Shown in pieces: positions 8,577 to 16,564 of a DNA stretch of 64,000 nucleotides. Position numbers and translations under genes: made by a program. This DNA is from a virus. The stretch covers positions 32,001 to 96,000 of the IMG/VR virus record IMGVR_UViG_3300040959_000769; one strand, given 5' to 3'. A model generated the notes under the pieces. That model saw only the letters and a program-made list of their open reading frames with translations, ran no database searches and was not told the DNA's origin. Every line of letters starts with the position of its first letter. The first letter of the stretch is position 1.

Positions 8577-8789
8577 GTGGCACCACGGAAACACCGGCAC
8601 AGCGACAACCCAGACTGGGAATACACACGAGCAACCATTGAGGCTGCACTCGTGGCGTACGACAACTGGCTACGCAAAACCGGAAGACTCAATGACCACG
8701 AGATGGTTGGCGTACTCGGCGAAGCTCTCGCTGACTGCGCTGACCATCTCCGCATATCTGTACTCGTGTACGGAAAGGAACAACCATGA
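8577..8789 (+). CDS. hypothetical protein
   Basis: GTG start after GAAGGA. Confidence 0.65.
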   Translation: MAPRKHRHSDNPDWEYTRATIEAALVAYDNWLRKTGRLNDHEMVGVLGEALADCADHLRISVLVYGKEQP

Positions 8790-8798
8790 ACAACACGC

Positions 8799-8825
8799 CT
8801 CAACCGTTGACGGTGGCGGAAGAGA
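8799..8825 (+). repeat. 27-bp dispersed repeat copy 1
   Basis: CTCAACCGTTGACGGTGGCGGAAGAGA. Confidence 0.9.
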
Positions 8826-8832
8826 GCCACCC

Positions 8833-9027
8833 ATGCTGAGCATCATCATCGAATGCGACGACTGCACAGCACGCTCCTCCGGGGAGCACGAATCGTTAAC
8901 TTCAGCCATTGATCAATGGACACGTGAAGGCGGAGTGATCTCCCCATTCACCAAAGAAGCTCTCTGTCCTCGCTGCTACTCCAAACTTGCCCACCCAGCC
9001 ATGAGAGGCAGAACCCATCATGAATAA
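8833..9027 (+). CDS. small zinc-finger protein
   Basis: CDDC...CPRC. Confidence 0.65.
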   Translation: MLSIIIECDDCTARSSGEHESLTSAIDQWTREGGVISPFTKEALCPRCYSKLAHPAMRGRTHHE

Positions 9028-9325
9028 GAACACCATCGAAATCGCCGACGTGTTGGACTTCAGTTACTACACGCCAGGAGCGAACGGCAAAGAAGCATTA
9101 CTTAAAATGCTTGCGGCAGCTTACTCGCAGCTCGCCGCGCTGCCAATTGACTCGCCTGGAACTGACTGGTTGGCCAACCCGGACGGATCAGAAGGCACCA
9201 TTGCCGACGTACTCGACGGGGTAGCTCTTGTTGCACGCCGCTACGTAGACGAAGATCTTCTTGACGTTGACGCATCCGACTACGGTTCCGAATCCGCCCG
9301 CCCCTCAGGGAGCCTCAACCTTTGA
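9020..9325 (+). CDS. hypothetical protein
   Basis: GAGAGG RBS, ORF track. Confidence 0.7.
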   Translation: MNKNTIEIADVLDFSYYTPGANGKEALLKMLAAAYSQLAALPIDSPGTDWLANPDGSEGTIADVLDGVALVARRYVDEDLLDVDASDYGSESARPSGSLNL

Positions 9326-9340
9326 CGGTGGTGGAAGACA
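9314..9340 (+). repeat. 27-bp dispersed repeat copy 2
   Basis: CTCAACCTTTGACGGTGGTGGAAGACA. Confidence 0.9.
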
Positions 9341-9398
9341 GCAACAAATGTCAATGTTTACTACCTACAGCAACCCGGCAGTGTGATAAATATGGAGC

Positions 9399-9905
9399 GT
9401 GACCACAGAATTCGAAACTTGGGACTCCGCAGCCGCTCACTTCGTCGGAACAATCTACGACCAGGTCCGATCAAAACCGAAAGTTTCAATACCCGACCTC
9501 CGGAAAGAACTCGACACTTTCATTTCGTCCCTGTGGTCATCCCCCGGTGGGAACTCGGCAGCGACGGCACGATGGTCCAATCTTGGCGCGAATGCTTTCG
9601 AGCTATCCGAAAAAACGTCTCAACCCTTGACGGTGGCGGAAGTGACTGAAACTTTGTGGCGCAAACAACACGACTACGGTCCAGAGAACGTCGCCCGGTT
9701 CGGACGGCAAGGACTGATGGTTCGCATGCACGACAAAGTTGCCCGCCTAGAAAACCTGATCGAAAACGACCGTATGCCCGCAGTCGCAGGCGAAGCAGAA
9801 CGCGACACCCTGATGGACATCGTCGGATACTCCGCCATCGGCATGATGTGGGAAAGCCACACATTCCTTCTGCCTCTTGAATGGCGTCCCCGGAAAGCAT
9901 CCTGA
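9399..9905 (+). CDS. nucleotide modification associated domain 1 (DUF1599/Nmad1-like) protein
   Basis: KQHDYG...GLMVRMHDKVARLENL...DTLMDIVGYSAI pattern. Confidence 0.75.
   Translation: MTTEFETWDSAAAHFVGTIYDQVRSKPKVSIPDLRKELDTFISSLWSSPGGNSAATARWSNLGANAFELSEKTSQPLTVAEVTETLWRKQHDYGPENVARFGRQGLMVRMHDKVARLENLIENDRMPAVAGEAERDTLMDIVGYSAIGMMWESHTFLLPLEWRPRKAS
9619..9645 (+). repeat. 27-bp dispersed repeat copy 3 (intragenic)
   Basis: CTCAACCCTTGACGGTGGCGGAAGTGA. Confidence 0.9.
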
Positions 9906-9912
9906 AAACTTC

Positions 9913-9939
9913 CTCAACCTTTGACGGTGGTGGAAGAGA
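9913..9939 (+). repeat. 27-bp dispersed repeat copy 4
   Basis: CTCAACCTTTGACGGTGGTGGAAGAGA. Confidence 0.9.
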
Positions 9940-10453
9940 GGGAACCGGCGGGGGCAGAACCAAACATTCGCCCGAGTATTGAGTCACCCGCCCCCGCCAG
10001 CTCAACCTTCCTGCGGCTCAGGGGTACAACCCACAGGACAATAAATATACTAACACACAACTTGTCAACAGACCGGAAAAGTTTTTCCACATGTGCGTTG
10101 GAAGCCCCGCACTGCTGATATAGTCGCATCAACAAATACCAGCCCTGGGTATCGAGTCATAACTGAGAACAACACCCCAAAAGCGAGGTGCTGTTTGTCA
10201 TGCCCGGAAAAGAGCCCCGGCGGAGGATTTTGGTTCCCCCTAGAACCCCCTCCAGAATCACTCTTAACTACCTTGGTATGTCAAACTGAACCCAGTGGGG
10301 AATACCCTGTCACTTTCTCCTTCGTCGAAAGAGACGATTGAAATGTTCTTACCTACCAGGTAGAGTTGACCGTGGAAATCAAGTAATAACTCTTCTCTCC
10401 ACGTTGAGTAACTACTACGGTGGTAGAAGTAAGTATCTAGCAAGGGGTGAACT

Positions 10454-10831
10454 ATGTCTTGGGAAGAAGTTCAGTTGTTCGAAACACACGATTCGGTACC
10501 AGAACCACAAAACGACTTTAAAACGCCTCAGAGCGTCCCTGAGGGGGTAATCAGCTCGATTTGGGATCACTATGTGACCACGATGTGGGTGAAAGGTCGT
10601 AAACCGGTGTTCACCCCCGAACGAGAAGCCCTCATTCGACGCTCCGTTTCCCGACACGGAATCGCAGACGTCAAAGCAGCGATCTCAGGCTGCGCCAACA
10701 GCGACTGGCACATGGGCAGCAACCCTCAAGGCAAAAAATACAACTCCATTGAACTCATCCTGCGTAACGCACAAAAAATAGAGTTCTTTCTGGAGTACGC
10801 CACAGACAGCACCGACGGAGATCCGTTCTGA
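10454..10831 (+). CDS. phage replication initiator / replisome organiser-like protein
   Basis: TPEREALIR...DVKAAI...SDWHMG.N...KYNSIELILRN...IEFF resembles initiator C-terminal domains; coupled to a loader-like gene. Confidence 0.6.
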   Translation: MSWEEVQLFETHDSVPEPQNDFKTPQSVPEGVISSIWDHYVTTMWVKGRKPVFTPEREALIRRSVSRHGIADVKAAISGCANSDWHMGSNPQGKKYNSIELILRNAQKIEFFLEYATDSTDGDPF

Positions 10832-11310
10832 TGAACAAACACGAAACAGTAGAAGTTGTGGAACGAGTGTACGCCTCCTGGAACCAGCAACTCCCCTCAG
10901 TCAAAGCAAAGTGGGACACCGTAATGAACGCATGGCACCAGATCCTCGCAAATCTAAACAAACAGGATGTGGATAACACTGTGAACAAACTCATCCTCGA
11001 AGACAACAACTACATGCCCAGACCCGGCACCATCTACAAACAAACAATACGCACCACCCACAACTACAACCCACCCACACCCGCCGAAGCCTGGGACCAA
11101 CTCCGACAAGCAGCACAAGCAGCCCACAACGGAACCCACACCAACATCACCATCCACCCCACAGTCCGCAAAACCATCGACCAACTCGGCGGAACCAACG
11201 CCTACCAACTACACACAAACGGCGACAGAGAACTCTTCACCACCCACTACACCCGCAACATCCAAAACGAAGAAAACGAACTCTTCAACCAACAACCGTT
11301 GACACAATAA
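10831..11310 (+). CDS. replicative helicase loader/inhibitor-like (G39P-like) protein
   Basis: MNKHETVEVV...Y...AWHQIL...VDNTV...YMPRPGTI pattern; position after initiator. Confidence 0.55.
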   Translation: MNKHETVEVVERVYASWNQQLPSVKAKWDTVMNAWHQILANLNKQDVDNTVNKLILEDNNYMPRPGTIYKQTIRTTHNYNPPTPAEAWDQLRQAAQAAHNGTHTNITIHPTVRKTIDQLGGTNAYQLHTNGDRELFTTHYTRNIQNEENELFNQQPLTQ

Positions 11311-11324
11311 GTAAACTACCCCAC

Positions 11325-11492
11325 ATGCGCGGACGACCCCCCAAACAAGCAACCGGACCAACCACCCTCACCCTCAAACTCCAACCCCACATCAAAAACC
11401 ACATCACCCAACAAGCACAAGCCTACGACCTCACAATCACCGACTACATACTCACACTCGTCAACCGAGATGCCGAAATCCCCAAACCCTAA
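11325..11492 (+). CDS. small RHH-like DNA-binding protein (55 aa, not in ORF track)
   Basis: hand translation MRGRPPKQATGPTTLTLKLQPHIKNHITQQAQAYDLTITDYILTLVNRDAEIPKP; TAAACT -10 box 7 nt upstream. Confidence 0.6.
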   Translation: MRGRPPKQATGPTTLTLKLQPHIKNHITQQAQAYDLTITDYILTLVNRDAEIPKP

Positions 11493-11823
11493 CCTCAACC
11501 CCGACAACAACTACAACCTGAACGTCCGCATACCAGGCTGGATGAAACTCGAAATCATTGAGCTTTGCGAGAAAAACGGATGGTCAATACAGCAGTGGGC
11601 TTCTGTCCGTTTGTTGGTGGCGTTGCGTGAGGGGCAGGGTGTGCCTCCTGCGCCGAGGGGTTTGGTGCCTTTGCCGACTACTGCGGATCAGATTCGTGCG
11701 TATGCTCAGGGGGAGCGTTTGTTGGGTCCTTGTGGTGGGGTGTGGCCGTGTGGGTTTGTTGAGTCTGATGTGACTGTTGTGTCGGGTGTGGAGTTTTGTG
11801 GTTCGTGTGGGGTGCGTGTGTAG
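11470..11823 (+). CDS. RHH-like protein with C-terminal Cys motifs
   Basis: LNVRIPGWMKLEIIELCEKNGWSIQQW beta-alpha-alpha pattern; CxxC at C-terminus. Confidence 0.7.
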   Translation: MPKSPNPNLNPDNNYNLNVRIPGWMKLEIIELCEKNGWSIQQWASVRLLVALREGQGVPPAPRGLVPLPTTADQIRAYAQGERLLGPCGGVWPCGFVESDVTVVSGVEFCGSCGVRV

Positions 11824-12183
11824 TTATTGGTTGTCGTTCCACATTTGGGCGAGTGTGGGTCGTGTGGCTTTGATGCCGAGTTCTTTTTGTTTGGCTGCTA
11901 GTTGTCTGCTGGTCATGCCTGCCCATACTCCGTGCATGTCTGCTGGGGGGAATTCGAGTGCGTAGTTGAGGCATTGTTTTTTGACTGGGCAGTTGGAGCA
12001 TATTTGTCTGGCTTGTGTGATGTAGGTGATGTCTTTGTGGTGTTGGGGGAACATGAGGTGGGTTAAGCCTTTGCAGTTGGCTTTGTTTGTCCAGTGTTGT
12101 GGGTTGGGGTTGGGTGTTGTTTGTTTGTCTGTGTGTTTGGGTTTGTCGGGGGTTTTGGTTTTGAGTTTTTTGATTGGGTTCAT
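11824..12183 (-). CDS. whiB: WhiB-family Fe-S transcriptional regulator
   Basis: four conserved Cys (ANCKG...ICSNCPVKKQC) and GVWAG turn; start M65 of ORF 11824-12375. Confidence 0.9.
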   Translation of the reverse strand: MNPIKKLKTKTPDKPKHTDKQTTPNPNPQHWTNKANCKGLTHLMFPQHHKDITYITQARQICSNCPVKKQCLNYALEFPPADMHGVWAGMTSRQLAAKQKELGIKATRPTLAQMWNDNQ

Positions 12184-12563
12184 TTGGTGTTGTTTGGGGG
12201 GTTTAGGTGGGTGATTTTGGTGATGCATCCGTTTGGTATGAGGATTCCTCCTCCGATGTGTTGTGTGTTGATTGTGGATGCGAGGGTGTGGTGTGTGGGT
12301 GTTTTGTGGATTAGGTAGCCGATTGAGATTGTGGGTTCTGGGGTGGTTTGTTGGGTTTGTTGGGGGGTTTCCCATTCGTTGCCTACGGTGATGGCGTCTT
12401 CCCAGGTGATGGCGACTATGGGGGGTGTTTTGGTTTGGGGTTGGTCGGTGTTGATTCCGTATTTTTGGGCTTGTTTGTCGCCTATGTGTGTTCTGATGAT
12501 TTGGTCTGGTTTGATGGGGGTGTTGTTGTTTGTTTTGGGGGGTTTGTTTGTTCTGGCTGTCAT
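12180..12563 (-). CDS. conserved phage hypothetical protein
   Basis: VAITWEDA...W...SIGYLI...TLAST...IPNGCI pattern. Confidence 0.75.
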   Translation of the reverse strand: MTARTNKPPKTNNNTPIKPDQIIRTHIGDKQAQKYGINTDQPQTKTPPIVAITWEDAITVGNEWETPQQTQQTTPEPTISIGYLIHKTPTHHTLASTINTQHIGGGILIPNGCITKITHLNPPNNTK

Positions 12564-12626
12564 GGTGTTTCCCCCTGTAGGGTTTGTTGTGTCTCTATAG
12601 GTGTGTTTGGACACTTTGGGTTTTGT

Positions 12627-12773
12627 TTACGTGGATTTGTTTGATGCGGGCTTTTGGTTCTGTTGGTGTTGTTTGCCTTGTTCGATGGCTTCTTTGACGG
12701 TGAGTTCGGGGTGGTGTGTGTCGATGAGCCAGATGAGTGCGTGTAGGAGTTGTAGTTGGATGTGTTCAGACAT
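12627..12773 (-). CDS. small hypothetical protein (48 aa, not in ORF track)
   Basis: hand translation MSEHIQLQLLHALIWLIDTHHPELTVKEAIEQG...; fills the gap in the operon. Confidence 0.45.
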   Translation of the reverse strand: MSEHIQLQLLHALIWLIDTHHPELTVKEAIEQGKQHQQNQKPASNKST

Positions 12774-13236
12774 TTAGTGCTTCGATTTGTCCGTAGTGTT
12801 CTGGGCAGATGTAGCGGACGATGCCTCTGATGAAGATTCCGACGTCGTTGTTGAGGGCGGGGTCGATGTCTTCTGCCATGTACATGGTTTCGATGAGTAC
12901 TCGGTCGATGCTGGTGCCTGCGTCTAGCCATTCGCAGAGGCTGAGTCCGAGGTTGAGGAGGTTTTCGTCGGTGTAGCTGTAGTACCAGTAGGGGGTGTTG
13001 TTTTTGGTGTAGTCAAGGAATGTGTCGGGTTGGTAGCCGTTCATGGCTGGTTCTTGTGGTTCGGGTGGGAGTGTTGGGCGTGTTTCTGGTGGTGCGAGTT
13101 GTGTTGTTGTGGTGGGGGTTGCGGTTGTTGTGGGTGTTTGTGTTGTTGGGGTTGGTTCTGCTTCGACGTATACGATTTCTTTGCCGCATGCGGTGAGTGT
13201 GAGTGCTGCGAGGGTGGTTGCGATGATGGTTTTCAT
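12766..13236 (-). CDS. lipoprotein, DUF732-like
   Basis: signal peptide with lipobox LTAC, Pro/Thr linker, DENLLNLGLSLCEWLDAG...YICP domain. Confidence 0.75.
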   Translation of the reverse strand: MKTIIATTLAALTLTACGKEIVYVEAEPTPTTQTPTTTATPTTTTQLAPPETRPTLPPEPQEPAMNGYQPDTFLDYTKNNTPYWYYSYTDENLLNLGLSLCEWLDAGTSIDRVLIETMYMAEDIDPALNNDVGIFIRGIVRYICPEHYGQIEALNV

Positions 13237-14021
13237 GGGGTGTTGCTTTCTGTGGGGAGTGTTGCGATTTGTGTGTTCCGGATGTATGTGTTGAGGAAGG
13301 TTTGGGCGAAGTGGATTTGGTCGTGTAGTCCGCCGTGTTGGTTGTCGTAACTGTTGTTCCACCATTGTTGTTGGTGTTTGTTTTGGGGTGTGTGTCCGCA
13401 TTGTGTGCTGATTGGGGTGTATCCGGGGTATTGGAGTTTGGTGAGTGTGTTGTGTGTGGGTTTCCACCAAGTGCTGTGTGTGAATTTGATGTTGTTGTGT
13501 TGTGTGTGGTGGTGGAGGTTGTCGAGTGCGGTGAGGTTGGTGTGTGTGGCTAGGGCTGTGTTGATTGGGATGGTTTTGCCGTTGTGTGCGGTGATGCGGG
13601 CTTTTTTGCCTCCCCAGTCGGTGTAGTCGTTGCTTTTGTGTTGCCAGTTGAGTTGGTGGTCGTTGTTCGGGTTGAGGTTTTGGTTGGATTTAAATCGGAT
13701 GCGGCGTAGGTCTGGGGTGAGGAGGTATACCTGTGTGGGGTTGCCGTATTCGGTGACGAACCGTATGTAGTTGCTCCATAGCCAGTTGAGTCCGACTCCT
13801 GTTGCTGAGATGACTGCAATGTTTTGCTGCGTGAGGTGTTCAATGATGTTTGGCCATATGTATCCGGATGGCAGGATTTGGGTTGATGTGAAGGAGCAGC
13901 CGAGTGCTATCGCATCATGGTTGTGATGTATGAATGCCGATTTGAAGCCGTCATGGATGGTTTCGTCGTCGTGGTCGGTTTCGTCAAACCCGTTGTTGTA
14001 CTGGGGTGAATACTGTTCCAT
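13233..14021 (-). CDS. hypothetical protein, SGNH-like N-terminal motif
   Basis: ALGCSFT...WPNII motif; C-terminal HGGLHDQIH. Confidence 0.6.
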   Translation of the reverse strand: MEQYSPQYNNGFDETDHDDETIHDGFKSAFIHHNHDAIALGCSFTSTQILPSGYIWPNIIEHLTQQNIAVISATGVGLNWLWSNYIRFVTEYGNPTQVYLLTPDLRRIRFKSNQNLNPNNDHQLNWQHKSNDYTDWGGKKARITAHNGKTIPINTALATHTNLTALDNLHHHTQHNNIKFTHSTWWKPTHNTLTKLQYPGYTPISTQCGHTPQNKHQQQWWNNSYDNQHGGLHDQIHFAQTFLNTYIRNTQIATLPTESNTP

Positions 14022-14030
14022 CGTTTAGAT

Positions 14031-15257
14031 TTACAGAAGAGTGAGATCTGTCCATCCGTCGGCGTCTACCACCATGGTGAGCGTCCCTGCTCTTGTTGAA
14101 ACCCCATAGGAGTCTTGGAAGTATTCGCCTACTGGAACAATTGATGGCGCGACGATGACGGTACGCCCTTGCTGCTCTTTGATGTTCAAGTGATGGAAGT
14201 GCCCTGTCACCAAGATGTTGGCATCAGCAACGCCTTCATGGGCTCTACCCATTGCCTGCTTTTCCCACCAGTTCCAAATCGCTTGACCGGCGTTACCTGT
14301 TGGTTTTGCCAGGTGTCCGTGTGTGAACGCGATGATTTGCCCGTGCAGGTTGATCGATACCGACAGTTTCTCTAACGGCAACCGGAACCCAACATGACCA
14401 AATGCGTCTGGATTTACCTGAAACACTTCTGCGATCTGCTCAAAGATCGCCACATCGTCATTATCCCCCGTAGTGGTAAACGCTTTACCGTTCAAACCCC
14501 TGTTCTCACCGTGGTTTCCACCTACGGCGGTGACTGTCATCTGGTTGCAGTGTGGAGCCGTGGAAACAATGATGTCTCTGATTGCGCGCCGCACAAGCTT
14601 TACCTGCTCACGACGGTCAAGTTCAATGCGGTATTGCTGCGCTGGATAATGCCCGCAGGTGCCTTCCACCAGGTCTCCGAGACCGGCGATCAACACGTGA
14701 TCAATCTTGCGTCCTGCGCGTCGAAGATCGGCAAGTCGTTGAGGGATGCTTTCGGGCAGTTCAGCAATCTTTTGTATTTGCTTTTCTACTCCACCCCCGT
14801 CTCTGTTGCCTGTTTGCCAGTCTGACAGAGCAACGACAAAAGTTGAGTCCCCTCCAGAAGCCTTTTTTGCCCCTCTTTTGACCTTCCTGACGGACTGATA
14901 TAACCCGGCTAAATCGGGCTGATTTTCGGACTTGAGTCGTATCTCCGCACGGTACGAATAACAGATGGTGCTATACGTCTCCCCGGACTCGTCTTTCTTC
15001 CATCCGTCAAACGATGTCCACTTGATGGAATCCCCAATGATTTCGTACTTTTCGGGGTCTAAACCACGTTCTCTAAGGAGGTCCGACCAGTCGTTTGGTG
15101 CGGTTTCAAGGCTTCCAGTGGTGATGGAGCCGCGTCCGGTGGATCCATCGTAGGTAACTCCAGGTTCCCATCCGGCTGGTGCCTTCTTGGCACGTATATC
15201 ATCCTCGTGTGCGGCTTGTCCTTCAACCGCTGCAAGACGTTTTGAAAGTTCACTCAT
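14031..15257 (-). CDS. calcineurin-like metallophosphoesterase
   Basis: SDWQ, GDLVEG, GNHGE, HGH, GHFH motifs. Confidence 0.85.
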   Translation of the reverse strand: MSELSKRLAAVEGQAAHEDDIRAKKAPAGWEPGVTYDGSTGRGSITTGSLETAPNDWSDLLRERGLDPEKYEIIGDSIKWTSFDGWKKDESGETYSTICYSYRAEIRLKSENQPDLAGLYQSVRKVKRGAKKASGGDSTFVVALSDWQTGNRDGGGVEKQIQKIAELPESIPQRLADLRRAGRKIDHVLIAGLGDLVEGTCGHYPAQQYRIELDRREQVKLVRRAIRDIIVSTAPHCNQMTVTAVGGNHGENRGLNGKAFTTTGDNDDVAIFEQIAEVFQVNPDAFGHVGFRLPLEKLSVSINLHGQIIAFTHGHLAKPTGNAGQAIWNWWEKQAMGRAHEGVADANILVTGHFHHLNIKEQQGRTVIVAPSIVPVGEYFQDSYGVSTRAGTLTMVVDADGWTDLTLL

Positions 15258-15511
15258 TCTGATTTCCCTTCTTCAAAAAAGCATTGGCATCGCTTCTTGC
15301 GATGAAGGGTGATTGATGCGCGATCAATCGAGTGGTTCGCACCCCTAAGTGCTTGATGAATGGATCTGGTAGATGCGTTGCTTTGGAGCACTGCTGACAG
15401 TGCGTTCCTGTCTTCATCGTCAAGCGAACTGAAAACTCTTACAACTGGACACGCCCCAATTAGGGACGATTGGTCTGTGATATTTGATAGTGTCTCTGAC
15501 AACTCGCTCAT
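15254..15511 (-). CDS. hypothetical protein
   Basis: AAGGGAGG RBS, ATG 15511; CPV...HRKKRCQC. Confidence 0.7.
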   Translation of the reverse strand: MSELSETLSNITDQSSLIGACPVVRVFSSLDDEDRNALSAVLQSNASTRSIHQALRGANHSIDRASITLHRKKRCQCFFEEGKSE

Positions 15512-15597
15512 ATCATGTCCTCCCTTGGTTGACCACTGGACGCGCTGTGGACGAACATGTGTACGATTGTACATCATTAGTTAAGCCGAGGTAACAG

Positions 15598-16014
15598 ATG
15601 CCACTAAGCGAAGATCACCCTATTGCAAATGAACTTGAAACAATTGTTGCTCGGCACATAAGTGACGGTGACAAAGCAGGAAAAATCGCAGACGAAGTAT
15701 TGAAACTTTTAGACAGAGAGAAGTTGCTGTACTACTCGGATCCAGGACGGGTGCCAGTGATGAACAGTAACGGTCGAGTGCTACTTGCAATACTTGAAGA
15801 CCCAGGCATCACACAACGAGCACTGGCGGTCTACTTGAGAATGTCAGAGTCCGCTGTCCAGAAATGTGTACGAGCTCTGCTCAAAGACGGTGTGATCGTC
15901 AAAAAGATGAAAGGCAAACGGAACCATTACGAGTTCAACAAGCAGAAAGGGATGTCACACCCTGACGTCAGTCGTCTGCTGGGGACTCTTCTTCCGCTGC
16001 TGTCTGGGTCATAA
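15598..16014 (+). CDS. winged helix-turn-helix (MarR-like) regulator
   Basis: PGITQRALAVYLRMSESAVQKCVRALLKDGVI...GKRNHY. Confidence 0.8.
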   Translation: MPLSEDHPIANELETIVARHISDGDKAGKIADEVLKLLDREKLLYYSDPGRVPVMNSNGRVLLAILEDPGITQRALAVYLRMSESAVQKCVRALLKDGVIVKKMKGKRNHYEFNKQKGMSHPDVSRLLGTLLPLLSGS

Positions 16015-16324
16015 GCCAAGCAGAGAACGCCTCGTCAGCGATTGGGATTACCCACACTTGGCACAGATCCGGGTCGTCAGTGTCGCCACTTACCATCCAT
16101 GCGATCTCCATGTCTGATGAAACTTCAGAGACACCTACGTTGCAGTCCAACCCGTAACGGTCAAGGAACCATTCAACGATGCAGTCAAACTTGCCAACCT
16201 GACATTCTCTTCCCTCTTCCCCTCGGCACGTAACTACTTGGATTGAGAGTTCGTTGCGGTTGAGTTGCATGTACATGCGATGACCGTCGCTATGCCACAC
16301 GCTTTCGGAGGAAATGTCAATCAT
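15968..16324 (-). CDS. hypothetical protein
   Basis: ORF track; RBS upstream. Confidence 0.65.
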   Translation of the reverse strand: MIDISSESVWHSDGHRMYMQLNRNELSIQVVTCRGEEGRECQVGKFDCIVEWFLDRYGLDCNVGVSEVSSDMEIAWMVSGDTDDPDLCQVWVIPIADEAFSAWLMTQTAAEEESPADD

Positions 16325-16437
16325 TTGGATAAATCCTAAAAATAGGGTTCGGCTTCTTTAAATCCCCCGGTATCCATATACATTATCTCACATCACTATT
16401 GCGCATGAGGAACCCTCGCCTGTTCTAAGATAGGTTC

Positions 16438-16557
16438 ATGGAAGACCCTGTAGAGAAGGTTGAAACAGACGACAAGCTTGACTTGTACTGCATTGAGTGC
16501 GGAATGTTGCTGGCTCGAAGCGACGAGCGATGCCACCAATGTGGAGCGTTTCAGTAA
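16438..16557 (+). CDS. small zinc-ribbon protein (39 aa, not in ORF track)
   Basis: hand translation MEDPVEKVETDDKLDLYCIECGMLLARSDERCHQCGAFQ; TAAGAT -10 box 6 nt upstream. Confidence 0.55.
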   Translation: MEDPVEKVETDDKLDLYCIECGMLLARSDERCHQCGAFQ

Positions 16558-16564
16558 GACGCCT

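Noticed and set aside
8799-9939. 27-bp repeats as a CRISPR array
   Set aside because: Gaps are 267-488 bp, unequal and contain whole ORFs; no cas genes nearby.
1585-11315. Short-spacer TTGACA-N7-TAnnnT arrangement at 1585-1603 (minus) and 11299-11317 as a new promoter class
   Set aside because: Only two clear cases; the first has an alternative -35 at normal spacing, so the evidence is too thin.
11558-13843. Many long alternative-frame ORFs (Val/Gly/Cys/Trp-rich or His/Thr/Pro-rich) in the ORF track
   Set aside because: Artefacts of extreme strand skew, which removes stop codons; only one frame per locus gives recognisable motifs.
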